DNA of 64,000 nucleotides from the human T2T-CHM13v2.0 reference genome, Homo sapiens. This document shows, one piece after another, positions 1 through 15,370 of the stretch (positions are counted from its first letter, which is position 1; each line of letters starts with the position of its first letter). The DNA lies in assembly GCF_009914755.1 (NCBI RefSeq), contig NC_060937.1. One strand, written 5' to 3'. The translations under genes were made by a program, and so were the position numbers. The notes beneath the pieces are model-generated. The model was not told the DNA's origin, did no database searches, and saw nothing but the letters and a program-made list of their open reading frames with translations.

Positions 1-118
1 CTTGGTTCCAGTCTCCATCTCCACCTTCTTTATTTCCTTCTTTTTTTGGTACAATCAAAACCACTGCAATAAAAAAAATTAAATATATCTTTATATACTG
101 TGCATTTAGTTATGGGAC

Positions 119-565
119 TGTGCTGGGCCGAATGGCAGACATCCAAAGATGCTCATGTCCTAATTATGACTGTGATTATGTCTCTTTACATGGTTAAAAA
201 ACTTCTTATAAACTATTAAGTTAAGGATATTACAATGGGGAGAACATCATGGATTATCTGTGGGCCCAGTAGAATTACAAGGGTCCATATAATGGAGTTG
301 TAAGAAAGCCAGACAGAAGTGACATTGGAGTGATGTGGCCGGGGCCAGTGAAGGTCATTGGCCTTCATTCCACCTCTGGAAGCTAGATAATGAGGAAAAT
401 ATTCTCTGCTGAAGCCTCTAACATGAGCCATTCCAACCAACACCTTGATTTCAGCCCCATAAGACATATTTCAGACTTATCTCCAGAACTGTAATAGTAT
501 ACATTTGTCTTGACTTCAAACACATAGTGCAGTAATTAATTAAAGCAGCAATGGGAAACTAATCA
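119..565 (+). mobile_element. MLT1D-like MaLR LTR
   Basis: Colinear with MLT1C/D consensus: TG start, CCAAAGATG..TCCTAAT, GGATTATC..GGGCCCA, CACCTTGATTTCAGCCC, CTCCAGAACTGTAA, ends GCAGCAATGGGAAACTAATCA. Confidence 0.85.
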
Positions 566-1200
566 AGGCTTTAGTACTTGGAGGTGGGGTGCCACTGTAC
601 TCAAAAATGGTGAAGTTACTTTGAAATTGGGTGATGGGTAGAGAAAGAGACGATTTTGAGGAGTGTAATAAAAAGTGGCTATATTTCCTTGAACAGACTC
701 CTAGTAGAAACATGTGCAGCTGGTGAGGTCTCAGAAGGAAGTGAGCAGCATGGTAGAGAAAATCTGTACCATCTAAGAAGTGACTAAGACATAATGCATA
801 GAATACTGGTAAAAACATGAACATTGATAACACCGCTGGCAAGAACTCAAAAATAATGAATATGTTATCAGAAATTGGGGAAAAGGGAAACCTCATTATA
901 TGGTGACAGAAATCTTAGCTGAATGGTATTCTATTGTTATTTGAGAAGAGTAATTTATAAGCAGCACATCTGTGTATTTAGCCTAGGATATTTCCAAGCA
1001 AAGTTCTGAAGGTGCCACCTGGTTTCTTTCTGATAGTCTAGTAAAATCCAAGAGAAAAAAAGAAAAGACAGATTGAGGTAAGGACTGTCAAGCAAAAATG
1101 AATCAGGATTTGATAATTTGGGAAATTCTCAGACTGCCCAAATTGCAAAAGAGGCTAAAAGTAGGAAACTCACTCTTAGGAATGCCTGCCCTGGAGAGAA
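566..1200 (+). mobile_element. MLT1 internal region fragment following the 5' LTR; no 3' LTR seen
   Basis: Starts directly after the LTR with GTACTTGGAGGTGGGGTGCCACTGTA; later motifs TTTGAAATTGGGTGATGGGTAGA and ATTTCCAAGCAAAGT are typical of MaLR-int. Confidence 0.7.
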
Positions 1201-2469
1201 AGCTAGCGCCATGGCTGGATAATATTTGGTGGTGTGTCAGTTCCATAGTGATGAGGAAATCATGTTGTACGGGCCTGGGGAGCTTCAAAGGAGATCTTCT
1301 GCTTTGGCAATGAGAATATTTTCTTGATATTATCTAAACCCTTTTCCCTAGGAAAAATTTATCTTCTTCATAGTCCCTTTTGCCCTTTCTTGGAGGTTTG
1401 GTTTGTCTTTTGTTGTTGTTGTTGTTTTTGTTGTTGTTGTCCTTGTTTAGGTTTGGGGGTTTTGATTTATTTTTCTTTTGTTTGCACTATCCCGCCTGGC
1501 CATTTCTAAAAAGGGTTTTTGGAATTTTCTCTTCTTGGATTGATAAATTTTTGCAGGCCACATTTTGATGATTTACTTTATGAGCCCAAATATTATTTTA
1601 AATCTTGCACATTTAAAAGGAATTTTTATTTGGGCTTATCATTGCTTTGGTAACACAAATCGCCTAAAAATTCTGATCTGATTGTTTCTCATATGTTCAT
1701 AGTTCCAGAGGCCACACCAAAGAATTCCTTCATAGTTGTAACACTGAAGTCTGATTTGTTTCTGTGCACCTCTGCCTCTATGCTGCCATCTCTCAAGTTA
1801 ACAGCCACAATGTAAAGGTAGAAATCCAGACTTAATGTGATCATTGCCAGGGACGAAACATTATTAGCATTTACTCTAGAAAGCATTTAAAATCATATTG
1901 CCTACTGTTTGGGTTTCAGGAAGAGTTAGATTTTCCAATTTTGAGTCTTCAGGTTGTTATACTTTATAGTTACCATTTCACCTCTGCAAACAAGCCTTTC
2001 AATTATTTCCTAATCATTTGCTGAAGGACCCAATATCCACAAACATACTATGAACATTTTGCTTTTCAATGTTTTCCACTAAAGCCACTGAATGGAAAAG
2101 TGTTTGGTCTAAATCCAGTTTATTGCAAAGCAAAATTATCACTAAATATACTGGGAATTCTTATGATGACCTTATGATGACATATTATATTTCAAGACTC
2201 CAAAATGAGTTACCTCACCACCTACTACCCAACCACAAAATTCATGTCATACATAGGTTCTTATTATAACACCATACTTCCAATACTGTTTCAGCATTAT
2301 TCAGGATGATGCTAGCTGTTGCCTAAGACAAAGTGTGATATGTATGGTTCAATATCATAGTCTGTGGTAGTTGTCCTGGTCAAGACAAATCACTCCTTTA
2401 AGTTGCAATTAAATAACACTTTTAAGAAGTGATTAAATCATTCCTTTCAGCAGCAAATGAGGACATGTG

Positions 2470-2475
2470 CACACA

Positions 2476-2517
<42 letters not shown>
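2470..2517. repeat. (CA)n microsatellite
   Basis: About 20 uninterrupted CA units. Confidence 0.97.
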
Positions 2518-2518
<1 letters not shown>

Positions 2519-3883
2519 CCCAAATTAAAACATTAAAAGATGACATGACATGAAATACAATGACATTGATGGACCACCAACATCCAAATGTCAGGGAAAG
2601 AACAAGAGAAGAACAGATAAACAATGATTATATACATCATGTAGAAATTATGTACAAAGATGGTAAACTTAAATCCAAACGTATATAAATAATGGCAGTA
2701 AATATTAGTGGACTATGTACCCTAATTAAAAGGTAGAAAGTGTAAGAATGGATTAAAAAGCACGACCCAACCATACGTTACTTATAAGCATGTTTTAAAT
2801 GAAAAGACACAAATAGTTGAAAGCAAAATAACAAAAATGTATATGCTATGGAGAAACTAAGAAGTATGTTGATGTGTCTGGATTACTATCAGACAAAGTA
2901 GATTTATGGAAGAGATTGTTGGTAGATAAAGAAGGTCATTTATTGATGATAAAAGTATCAATTTAAGAAGGCAAAATAATAAATGTTTAAATACTCAGTA
3001 GCAAAGCTCTCAAATGAATGCCAAAAACCCCACAAAACTAAAGGAAACTAGAGAAATCTATGATCCTAGTGAGAATCTGGCACAGTTTTTCCAGTAAATA
3101 ATAGAAGAACTTGGAAAAACAGTATTAGAAAAATGCAATATTTGAATAATGCTATCATCAACTTGGTCTAATTACTATTTGTGGAACGCTACCCTCATTT
3201 GATGCAGAATATACATTTTAAAAAATTGCCCTTGGAACATTCACTGAGATAGACAATATAGTTGAACTATGAAAGAAATCCCAACAAACTTAAAATAATT
3301 AAAATTTTACATAATAATTCTCTCCGATCACAATGGTTTTAAATTAAAATCACTGATAGTAATTTTCCTAGAAAATTCCAATTGTCATAAATTAAACAAT
3401 ACATTAGGACATATCTCAGTCAAAGAAGAAACCACAAGAAAAATTAGAAAAACTTTTAACAGATCTAACTCTACACTTCTTAGAAAAATATAAATACATT
3501 AAAAATAACAATATTGAAAACGGTATATCTTGCTAACTCTAAGCAAAAGAACATTAGTGAAGCTGTATTTATGTTGGACAAAGTAGAGTTCAGAGTGATA
3601 AAAAGGGGATAAAGATGGTCATTTCTCATTGATAAGGGAGTCAATTTATGAAAAGAGCTTAAACACTCCTAAAAGTTTATGACCTAATAACAGAAAGTCA
3701 AAATATATTGGAGCCCAAATTGATGGAACTAAAAGGTGAAATAGAATAACAATTATATTTGCAGATTCCAGGACCACTCTTCAATAGTCCATTGAGTAAG
3801 TGAAGAGAGAGTCAAGAAAGATACAGAAAACTTTGACCCACTTGACATTTATAGAATCCAACTCTCAATTTAGGCAACATATA

Positions 3884-3981
3884 CAAATGGTCCCAGACTT
3901 AACAATGGTTCAACTTACATATTTTTGACTTTACAATGATTTTATCAAGACGTAAGCCCATCGTAAATCAAGGAGCATCTA
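3884..3981 (-). mobile_element. MER47C-like TcMar-Tigger MITE nested in L1M
   Basis: ~98 bp with ends CAAATGGTCCCAGACTTAACAATGG / CCCATCGTAAATCAAGGAGCATCTA, flanked by TA on both sides. Confidence 0.8.
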
Positions 3982-5464
3982 TACTTTCTTTTTAAGGGCA
4001 CATAAAATATATACACATATAAGTTGTGTTTTGAGCCATAAGACAAGTGTTCATTAACATAAATGAATTCAAATCCACCCTTTGATCAAATTTAATGTAA
4101 TTAGAAATCAATAACAAAGGTAAATGCTGAAATCCCAATATTTAGAAATTAAATTATATGCATCTAAATAACTCATGAGGCAAAAAATAGAGAATTATAT
4201 AGTATTTTGAAATGAAAGAAAATAGAACCACAACACATGAAAACTTGTGAGATGCAGATAAAGCAGTATTCAGGGAGAAATTTGTTGCACTACTACCAAT
4301 AATACAATTAAAGACAGGCCTCAAATCAATGACTTCAGATACTACCTTAAGAAGTTAGAAAAATAAAGCAAAGTAAACCTAAAGTAAGTGAAGAAATAAT
4401 GAGGATTAGATTAGTTATTGAAATAAGTAAAATGGAAAACAAAATCAACAAATCTGATTCTTTCAGAAGACCCATGACTTTTATAATCCTCTAGCCATAC
4501 TGACCAGGAAAATTACAAGCGACACTCACAAGTAGTTTCTACAGTGTAGATGAGTTGAATCATTCCTCAAAGGACACAAATTCACAAATTTCAAAAGCAT
4601 GTGCTCATCTTAATGGAATGGAGAAATGTCTAATATCTATTACTTGTGAAAACTCTGGGTAAATGAAACAAATTCAGCTTAACCTGATAAATGATATCTT
4701 CAAAAACTCTACATCCGAAATCATATATAACAATAAAAGACTAAATGTTTTTCCTCCAAGGCCAGGAACAATCTAAAAATGTCCACTTCACCACATCTTT
4801 CTAGCTAAATAAGCTTATTTAATGTTGGTGGGAACTATTAAGTTAGTTCAGTAACTTTGGAAAATGTAACATCAATATGTAAGAAAAAAGTATATTTGTA
4901 TATACTAGTAACAATTAAATATGTAAATTAAAAACATAACATAGAATAGTAGTAATAATATATAACATTTGAGACAAATATGATGGAAAATGGACAACAC
5001 ACTTATTCTAAAACCTATACAATATTTCTAATAGAAATTAAATACATGGATTCATATACATAAATACACATATACAGAAATGGATTACATACATACATAA
5101 ATGAATAAATACATCTTGTTTATGGTTGAAAGATTAATAATGCTAAATGCCAATTCTCCCTAAATTACTATAGGTTTAATATAAACTCAATCAAAATCCT
5201 AGCAGAATTCCTTTTGTCAGAGTTGGCCAGCTCATTCTAAAATACATGTTCAAAAGCAAGTTACTTGGAATAGTAAAAATAAATTTGAATATAAAAATTT
5301 CAGTTTAGTATTTGCAGAACTTGACTTCTAGACTTATTATAAAGCTACAGTAATCACTAGAATGGGGTACTGGCATCAAGAGAAGCAAATAGACAATAAT
5401 TGGGAGTCCAGATTCAAACACATATAGTCATTTAATTTTTGGCAAATATGCAAGAGTAATCCAG

Positions 5465-5527
5465 TCTTTTCAACAAATGTATTGGAACAATTATAATCTT
5501 TTCAACAAATGTATTGGAACAATTATA
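5465..5527. repeat. 31-bp perfect tandem duplication (period 32)
   Basis: TCTTTTCAACAAATGTATTGGAACAATTATA at 5465-5495 and 5497-5527. Confidence 0.95.
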
Positions 5528-5599
5528 TACCCATATGTAAGAAAATAAAATTCCACCCATTTAATGTACCATACACACACACGAGTTTGGTAAGTTTTA

Positions 5600-6420
5600 A
5601 AAAGCTGAAGACATAAATGGACACTTCTCAAAAGAAGACATGCAAGTGGCCAACAAACATATGAAAAAATTCTCAACATCACTCAGAGAAATGCAAATCA
5701 AAATCACAATGTGATACTATCTTACACCAGTCAGAATGGCTATTTGTAATAAGTCAAAGAATAACAGCTGCTGGCTAACCTGTGGAGGAAAGGGAACGCT
5801 TATTTAACGCTGGTGGGAATCTAATTTAGTTCGGCCTGTGTGGAAAGCAGTTTGGAGATATCTCAAAGAACTTAGAACTACCGTTAGACCCAGCAATCCC
5901 ATTATTGGGTACATACCCAAAGGAAATCATTCTACCAAAAAGACACATGTACTCATATAGTCGTCACAACCTGCTCATAATAGCAAAGACCTGAAATCAA
6001 CTTAGGTGTCCATCAAGGGTGGTTCGAATAAAGAAAATGTGGTACCTACACATAATGGAATACTATATAGCCATGAAAAAGAATGAAATCATGTCCTTTG
6101 CAGCAAGATGGATGCAGCTGGAGGCCATTATCCTAAGCAAATTAATGCAGAAACAAAGACCAAATACCACATGTTCTCACTTATAAGTGGGAGCTAAACA
6201 TTGGGTGCACATGAACATAAAGATGGCAACAATAGACATTGGGAATTACTAGGGGGAAGGAACAGAGTGGGGCAAATGTTGAAAAACTACCTGTTGGGTA
6301 CTATGTTCAGTACTTGGGCAAAGGGCTCAAACATACCCAAAACCTCGGCATAGCACAATATACCCATGTAACAAATTTGCAATGTACCCCTGAATGTAAA
6401 ATAAAAGCTAGATTTAAAAA
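5600..6420 (+). mobile_element. 5'-truncated old primate L1 3' end (L1PA15/16-like)
   Basis: ORF2 C-terminus plus 3'UTR (GGGAGCTAAACATTGGGT..AAAAACTACCTGTTGGGTACTATG..CCCTGAATGTAAAATAAAAG). Confidence 0.8.
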
Positions 6421-7005
6421 TGAGCTAAATATTCTAAAACTTTGAGAGAAAGGAAATCTTGAGGACCTGTGGTTACACAAAGATTTCTTAGATGCTATAC
6501 CGAAAGCATGAGCCATAAGAAAATATATTGATAAATTTTCCTTCACTGAAATTAAAAACTTCTCATCATAAGACACTGCCAAGAGTATGAAAAGACAATG
6601 CATAAACTGGGAGTAATTTTTGCAAAGAAAAACACCTGATAAATGTTTTTTTTTCCAGAATATTCAAAGAGTTGTCAAAATTCAATGCAAATAATCTGAT
6701 AAAAATTCAATAAAAATAAATGAGTGAAAGATTTAGGCACTTCACCAAATTTATTTGGATGACATATTAGCACATGAAAAGAATGCTTTGGAGCAATGGG
6801 AATTTTCTAGGTCTTTACATATACACATTTGTAAAAATGTAAAAATTGAGTGTTGGGGTGTGGACGGCAAGTAAGGGTATAATGAACTACTATGGCCAAC
6901 TGTTGACAATTGTCCAAGATTGAGGATGGATGGAAGGGGGATAAGTTACACTATTCTGTTTTTTCACATTGTATGTTTTTAAAGTTTTCAGGATAAAAAG
7001 TTAAA
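6421..7005 (+). mobile_element. L1M (L1MC/ME-like) 3' remainder
   Basis: AGATTTCTTAGAT..AAAGCATGAGCCATAAGAAA, AAATTAAAAACTTCT; ends with L1M-like tail GATAAAAAGTTAAAA. Confidence 0.65.
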
Positions 7006-7400
7006 ACAAACACTACAGCACAGGATTCGATATTAGTTTCCTGTGTGTCTAGCTCTGGATCACCTGTTTTTTGGCTGTTTATGAAGGAGACATGATGTCC
7101 TATATTGTATCCCATTGGTATTTAAACTTTTGGCTTAATTTTGCCCTCTGTCTTTCCTGCAAGAAAGTATAATGGTTACACATACTTAAGTATATATAAT
7201 TAAGCCAAATATATTTTAATTAAATCCCCGTAATTAAATACATTTTCTATTATTTTAAACAAACACAAATCTCCTCATCAAGACAATTATCACTCTCTTT
7301 GCAAACAAATTTGAGACACTAAGAAAACCAAACTTTTTTTTTTTTTTTTTTTTAATCCCAACTCGATTCCCAACACTAAAGTTGTGTTGACTTGATTTAA

Positions 7401-7736
<336 letters not shown>

Positions 7737-7761
7737 TAGGACTTTTTTTTAAGAAAGTGTG

Positions 7762-9598
<1,837 letters not shown>

Positions 9599-10246
9599 AA
9601 GAAAGTGTGCTTTTTAAAATTCTATTCAACACTTATATAACACATTACATACCGACCATTTTACTATTCACTTTATATTCATATATACTGTAGGGGTATT
9701 TATACACAAATATTATATATTAAGTCGGTTTTATTTCCATATTTTTTGGTAAATAAAATCAATTAAATACAATCAACACAACCATTTAGAGATTTGCATT
9801 ACTTGTGTATGATTCATAACGTGAAAGCCTGCCACTCAAGTGGAAACATTCTCCTTGGATTAGTAACCTTTAATATTTATAATCTATTTATTAAATCATC
9901 CATTTAAAATTTTCCTGATTTAATGATTTAATTATATATTTTATTTTTAAAACATTACTTGGTGCTTTTTAAAATGCTCTATATTCTAATGTAAAGAGAA
10001 AAAGAAAATATTCACAGAAAATTATATCGTCAAAATTTGTATATGTTCTGCTGTGAAATTCTATCTGAGCTTCTTCACTGTCGTTTCATCTTGCAAAATA
10101 ATTGATTGGCAGCAAACAACAACAGCAACAAAAAAAAAAACTAGGCAAATGACCCCGATTATTATTTAATGGGATGGAGAATGCAAAGCCACTCTACTAT
10201 GCCTGCATAGGTGCGTGAGATGACTGATGAATTGCAGAAAAATCAG

Positions 10247-10546
10247 GGCCAGGCGCAGTGGCTCACGCCTGTAATCTCAGCACTTTGCAGGGCTGAGGCG
10301 GGTGGACCACAAGGTCAGGAGTTCGAGGCCAGCCTTGCCAAGTTGGTGAAACCCCGTCTCCACTAAAAATACAAAATTAGCCAGGCGTCGTGGCACACGC
10401 CTGTAATCCCAGCTACTCAAGAGGCTGAGGCAGGAGAATCGTTTGAACCCAGGAGGTGGAGGTTACCGTGAGCCGAGATCGTGCAACTGCACTCCAGCCT
10501 AGGCAACAAGAGCCAGACTTCATCTAAAACAAACAAACAAACAAAC
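10247..10546 (+). mobile_element. AluS (Sg-like) with (AAAC)n tail
   Basis: GGCCAGGCGCAGTGGCTCACGCC start; dimer; TSD AAAATCAG. Confidence 0.93.
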
Positions 10547-11503
10547 AAAATCAGAAATGAGAATGGAAGGAAGCATTTAGTGTTAGAGGACAGAGTTGTT
10601 GGAGTTTGAAATAGTTTTCCCACACCATTACTTTGTGAAGTGGATTTTTAGGAGCTTTTTGTGCTTGTAGCATACTCTTGTTTGAATTAAAGATGAAGAC
10701 ATTTCTTGGCACTCTTCTTGCTTTATATAAATCATGTCACAATTAAATATGTTTAGAGATCCTCCGTTGGAAAGATTTTCTATAAAAAAGATTTTTTTTT
10801 AAATTTGCAACTTCAAATGCAATTTTCACTAATGAGACTCTTTAAATTCATATTTGTGCCTACTTACTGCACTTGGGAACTTTAAAATTGTATTTATAGA
10901 TAGTGGAGTATATAAAAATGGAAGTCAAAAGAAAATAACAGTAATCAGATTTCCCAATTGGGTAGGTACATTATTTTAGTTTTTTCAAAACTGAAATGCT
11001 TAGAATTCTCTGTGGTGAGGGTGAAACAAATCTATATATAAGGATAAAATGGAAAATATAATTTCTCTTTATAAGATATTTAACTTGAAAAGTTCTAATA
11101 ATATTCAGAAAACCAATTTTTCAGAATTGTAATATATGTTTTCATGTTTCCTTTTTATCCCCACAAAGGAAAAGTCAAAATGATAATTTTTTCCTCTTTT
11201 TAAAAAAAATTACTTTATTTCAATAATGTTTGGGGAACAGGTAGTTTTTGGTTACATGGCTAAGTTCTTTCGTGGTAATTTCTGAGATTTTGGTGCACCT
11301 GTAACCCGAGGAGTGTACACTCTGGCCAATGTGTTATCTTTTATCCCTCACCCCCTTTCCACCCTTCCCCCAAGTCCCCAAAGTTTATTATATGCTCATT
11401 GTGTTTTTGTGTCGTCATAGCTTAGCTCCCACTTATCCGTGAGAACATACAATAATTGATTTTCCATTCTTGAGTTACTTCACCTAGAACAGTGGTCTCC
11501 AAC

Positions 11504-11876
<373 letters not shown>

Positions 11877-12145
11877 TCATTCTTTTTCATGGCTAATATT
11901 CCACGGTGTATAAATACTACATTTTCTTCATCCACTTTTTGGTCAATGGGCATTTAGGCTGGTTCCATATTTTTGCAATTGCGAATTGCACTGCTATAAA
12001 CATGCATGTGCAAGTGTCTTTTTCATATAATAACTTATTTTCCTCTGGGTAGTTACCCAGAAGCAAGATTGCTGGATCAAATGGTAGTTCTACTTTTGGT
12101 TATTTAAGGAATCTCCATACTGTTTTTCACAGTAGTTGCACTAGG

Positions 12146-12460
12146 TTTCTTGTTTCTTTGTTTTTGGTTTTGTTGTTTTTGTTTTGAGCCTCACTCTGTT
12201 GCCCAGGCTAGAGTGCAGTAGCATGATCTTGGCTTACTGCAACCTCTGCCTCCTGGGTTCAAGTGATTTTCCTGCCTCAGCTTCCTGAGTAGCTGGGATT
12301 ACAGACACCCATCACCACGCCTGGCTAATTTTTGTATTTTTGGTAGAGATGAGGTTTTGCCATATTGGCCAGGCTAGTCTCGAACTCCTGACCTCAAGTG
12401 ATCTGCCCATCTTAGCCTCCCACAGTGCTGGGATTGCAGGCATGAGCCACCGTGCCTGCC
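12146..12460 (-). mobile_element. AluS (Sz/Sx-like)
   Basis: Full dimer, GT-degenerate tail, GACCTCAAGTGATC. Confidence 0.9.
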
Positions 12461-12999
12461 TGTGGTTGTACTTGTTTACATTCCCATCAGCAGTGTAGAA
12501 GTGCTCCCTTTCCACACCATCCATCCAACATCAATTTTTTTTTTGATTGTGGCCATTCTCACAGGAGTAAAGTGGTATCTCATTGTGGTTTTAACTTTCG
12601 TTTTCCTGATAATTTGTGACATTGAGCATTTTTTCATGTTTCTTGACCATTTGTATATCTTCTTTTGAGAGTTGTCTCTTCATGTCCTTTGCCCACTTTT
12701 TGAGCAAAGTAAGCAGACAACCCACAGAGTGAGAGAAAATATTTGCAAACTATGTATCTGACAAAGGACTAATATCCATAATCTACAAGGAACACAAACA
12801 AATCAGCAAGATCATTTTTTTTCCATGTGTCTTCTTTCTCAGCTCATTTCTTGTACCACATGCGCCATAGTAAGGAGAAAGTATCTTGTTATGTACAATT
12901 TACTGTTATAGTAATTTGGTGATTAAAAAGCACTTAATGAAATAATTCTAAATTGTTATATAAAAAACTAAAAATCAGCAGGCAGAGGCCCTCCTGACT

Positions 13000-13126
13000 G
13001 CCTTAATTCAACTGTACAATTGTATAAATCATTAAATTCCCAGGAGTCTCATTTTCTCATGTATAAAATGGTGGAGATGGAAAAAATGACTCTTAAGGTC
13101 ATTGCCAGATCTGATATACTCTGATT
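13000..13126 (+). mobile_element. MIR fragment
   Basis: Core CTCATTTTCTCATGTATAAAATGG followed by CTCTTAAGGTC..CTCTGATT. Confidence 0.6.
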
Positions 13127-14019
13127 ACATCCCAGGCTGATGGTAACAAAAACACATGTGGAAAATATAGGGCTGAAAGGACTTTGCCAAGTAGTTGATT
13201 ACTACGACATGCATCCTCACTGCTGTTACTAGAACAAGATTAGTACTATTTGTATCTTGTTTCAGTGTTTTTCAAACTTTGTTTCTCCTCTAGGTCACTT
13301 GAAATGAGCAAAATTCCATCATTAGCAATCTTTTTATGTGATGCTAGAGAGATTATTCTCCCGCTCTCCCAAATATTTCATTGTGTCTTTTTCCCAAATC
13401 TCAAAAAAAAAAAAAAAAAAAAAGAATTCTCTCATCTCTCACTCATAACAGATAACTTCGGTTTTTAATTCCCCTGGAAATGCAAAGGAATCTGATAGGA
13501 ACTCCATCAATATCTCATCCTTAAAACTCTGAGCCTTTCTTCTTCAGTGCCCGTATTCTTTTTCTCGAGTTGCAGTGGAGGCCACATTGCCTTTGGGAAA
13601 ATACCATCATCCCACTCACACTCCAGATGGACTGCTTCTTATCAGGGTTACTCAAGTTTTTGCCTCATTCTTCTACTGGTTGTTATTTAAAATATTTACC
13701 AAATGGTTATGACACAAGCATAGATCACAGAAGAGGAAGTCAGCACTGAAAACCAGTCCTGCTCTTTGGAATCACCCCTTCCTCTCTCTCGCTCCCTCTC
13801 ATCATATCCATCTGCCTAACACGGTGCTTGACAACTTCCCACCTTAAGAAAACACTTCCTTGGCACCCTGGGCTTCTTTGCCTGCCATCCAGTTTCAGGG
13901 CACTAAAAAATACAATTGCCAATATGGGATGCAATAAAGAGCAAATGGCAAGTGAAGAAGTGGAGATAATAAGATACCAATATTCATTTGAGTAGATTTT
14001 CTTCTAAAAGGAATCGTTG

Positions 14020-15370
14020 GGTCACACAGGCTCCATTTCACACTCCCTCTTACTGCTCTTATCAAATCATCAGTGACCTCATCCTTGCCCCTTTCAGTGG
14101 ATACTCTTCTGTCATTGATCCTACTTACTTCTTCATAGCAGTTTCTCCTCTCTTGCTCAGCATTTTGTTACAACATGCTCTATTTGTGTTGTCTTCTTCA
14201 CCAGCTGCTTCCAAGCTTCCTTTCCTGTCTCCTACAACTTCCAAAAAACCTTAAAGTTTTAAGGTGCCACAAAGCTTAGGGCACAATACCTTATCTATTG
14301 AAAAACTCTATGTGATCTCATCCTTTTCTGCAGTTTAAAATGGCAATCGCACACTGACAATTACCAGATTTCTCTCTCTGACATTTATCCATCCTCTCAA
14401 CGCTGAACACATATCCCAGTTGACATCTCCACTGAGGAGTTTCACAGATGGGTCAAATGTAACATATCCAAAACAGACCTCTTGTCCTCCTCTGTGTACG
14501 CCCTTCTTACTTTCATTTTAAACTCAGTTCTGGATAATATTATTTACCCAAATTCCCAAAGCAAAATATTTGAATCAAACAATCTTGTCCTCCTCCTCCC
14601 TAGCCAATATATTAGCAAGTATGGCCAAGTCTTCCTCACCTATATTTTTCAAAATCCATCCATACCTCTCTTTCTTCAATGCCATATGTCCTATTGCATT
14701 TAACCCTTTACTGGTCTACTGACTAGCTATATTACTCCATTTTCCTACTGCTTTGAAGAAATACCCAAGACTGGGTAATTTATAAAGAAAAACAGGTTTA
14801 ACAGACTCACAGTTCCACATGGCTGAGGAGGCCTCACAATTATGATGGCAGAAGGCAAAGGGGGAGCAAAGGCACGTCTTACATGGCAGCAGGCAAGATA
14901 ACATGTGCAGGAAACTTCTCCTTTATAAAACTATGAGATCTCATGAGACTTTTTCACTATCACAAGAACAGTGCAGGGTGCGGGGAACCTGCCCCATGGT
15001 TCAATTACCTCCTACCGGGTCCCTCCCACAACACGTGGGGATTATGAGAGCTACAATTCGAGATGAGATTTGGGTGAGGACACGGCCAAAACATATCACT
15101 AGCTTCTTATTTTACAGATCTCATCTTGAGTGTCGTCTTCTCAGGATTTTCTTTCTTGAGTACTCTACTCAAGGTAACTCCACCCCAGCAAACCCAAAGT
15201 CCACACAGTTGGCAGCTCCCTGCTGTGTGGTTCAGTGCATTTCACTGTACTTCACACCATCAAAATGTGACATCCTTTGTGTGGGCCTGTGTATTATCTG
15301 CTTTCACCTTCTAAAGTGTCAGCTACATGAAAGCAAGTATCTAATCAATAAAAACATCCTTAATAAATAA
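14020..15370 (+). mobile_element. L2 fragments, interrupted by a THE1 LTR
   Basis: Pyrimidine-rich L2 motifs: TCATCAGTGACCTCATCCTTGCC, GACATCTCCACT, AACATATCCAAAACAGACCTC. Confidence 0.65.
14728..15098 (-). mobile_element. THE1C/D-like solo LTR
   Basis: Complete LTR in reverse orientation (AGACTGGGTAATTTATAAAG..GAGATGAGATTTGGGTG..CATATCA); perfect 5-bp TSD CTAGC. Confidence 0.92.

Larger units (their letters stand above)
2640..5590 (+). mobile_element. Old L1M ORF2 fragments; endonuclease-region sequence appears twice (~2640-3460 and ~3480-4500)
   Basis: Degenerate ORF2 motifs: AATGGATTAAAAAGCACGACCCAACC, TCAGACAAAGTAGATTT, GACTTATTATAAAGCTACAGTAATCA, TCTTTTCAACAAATG. Confidence 0.8.
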
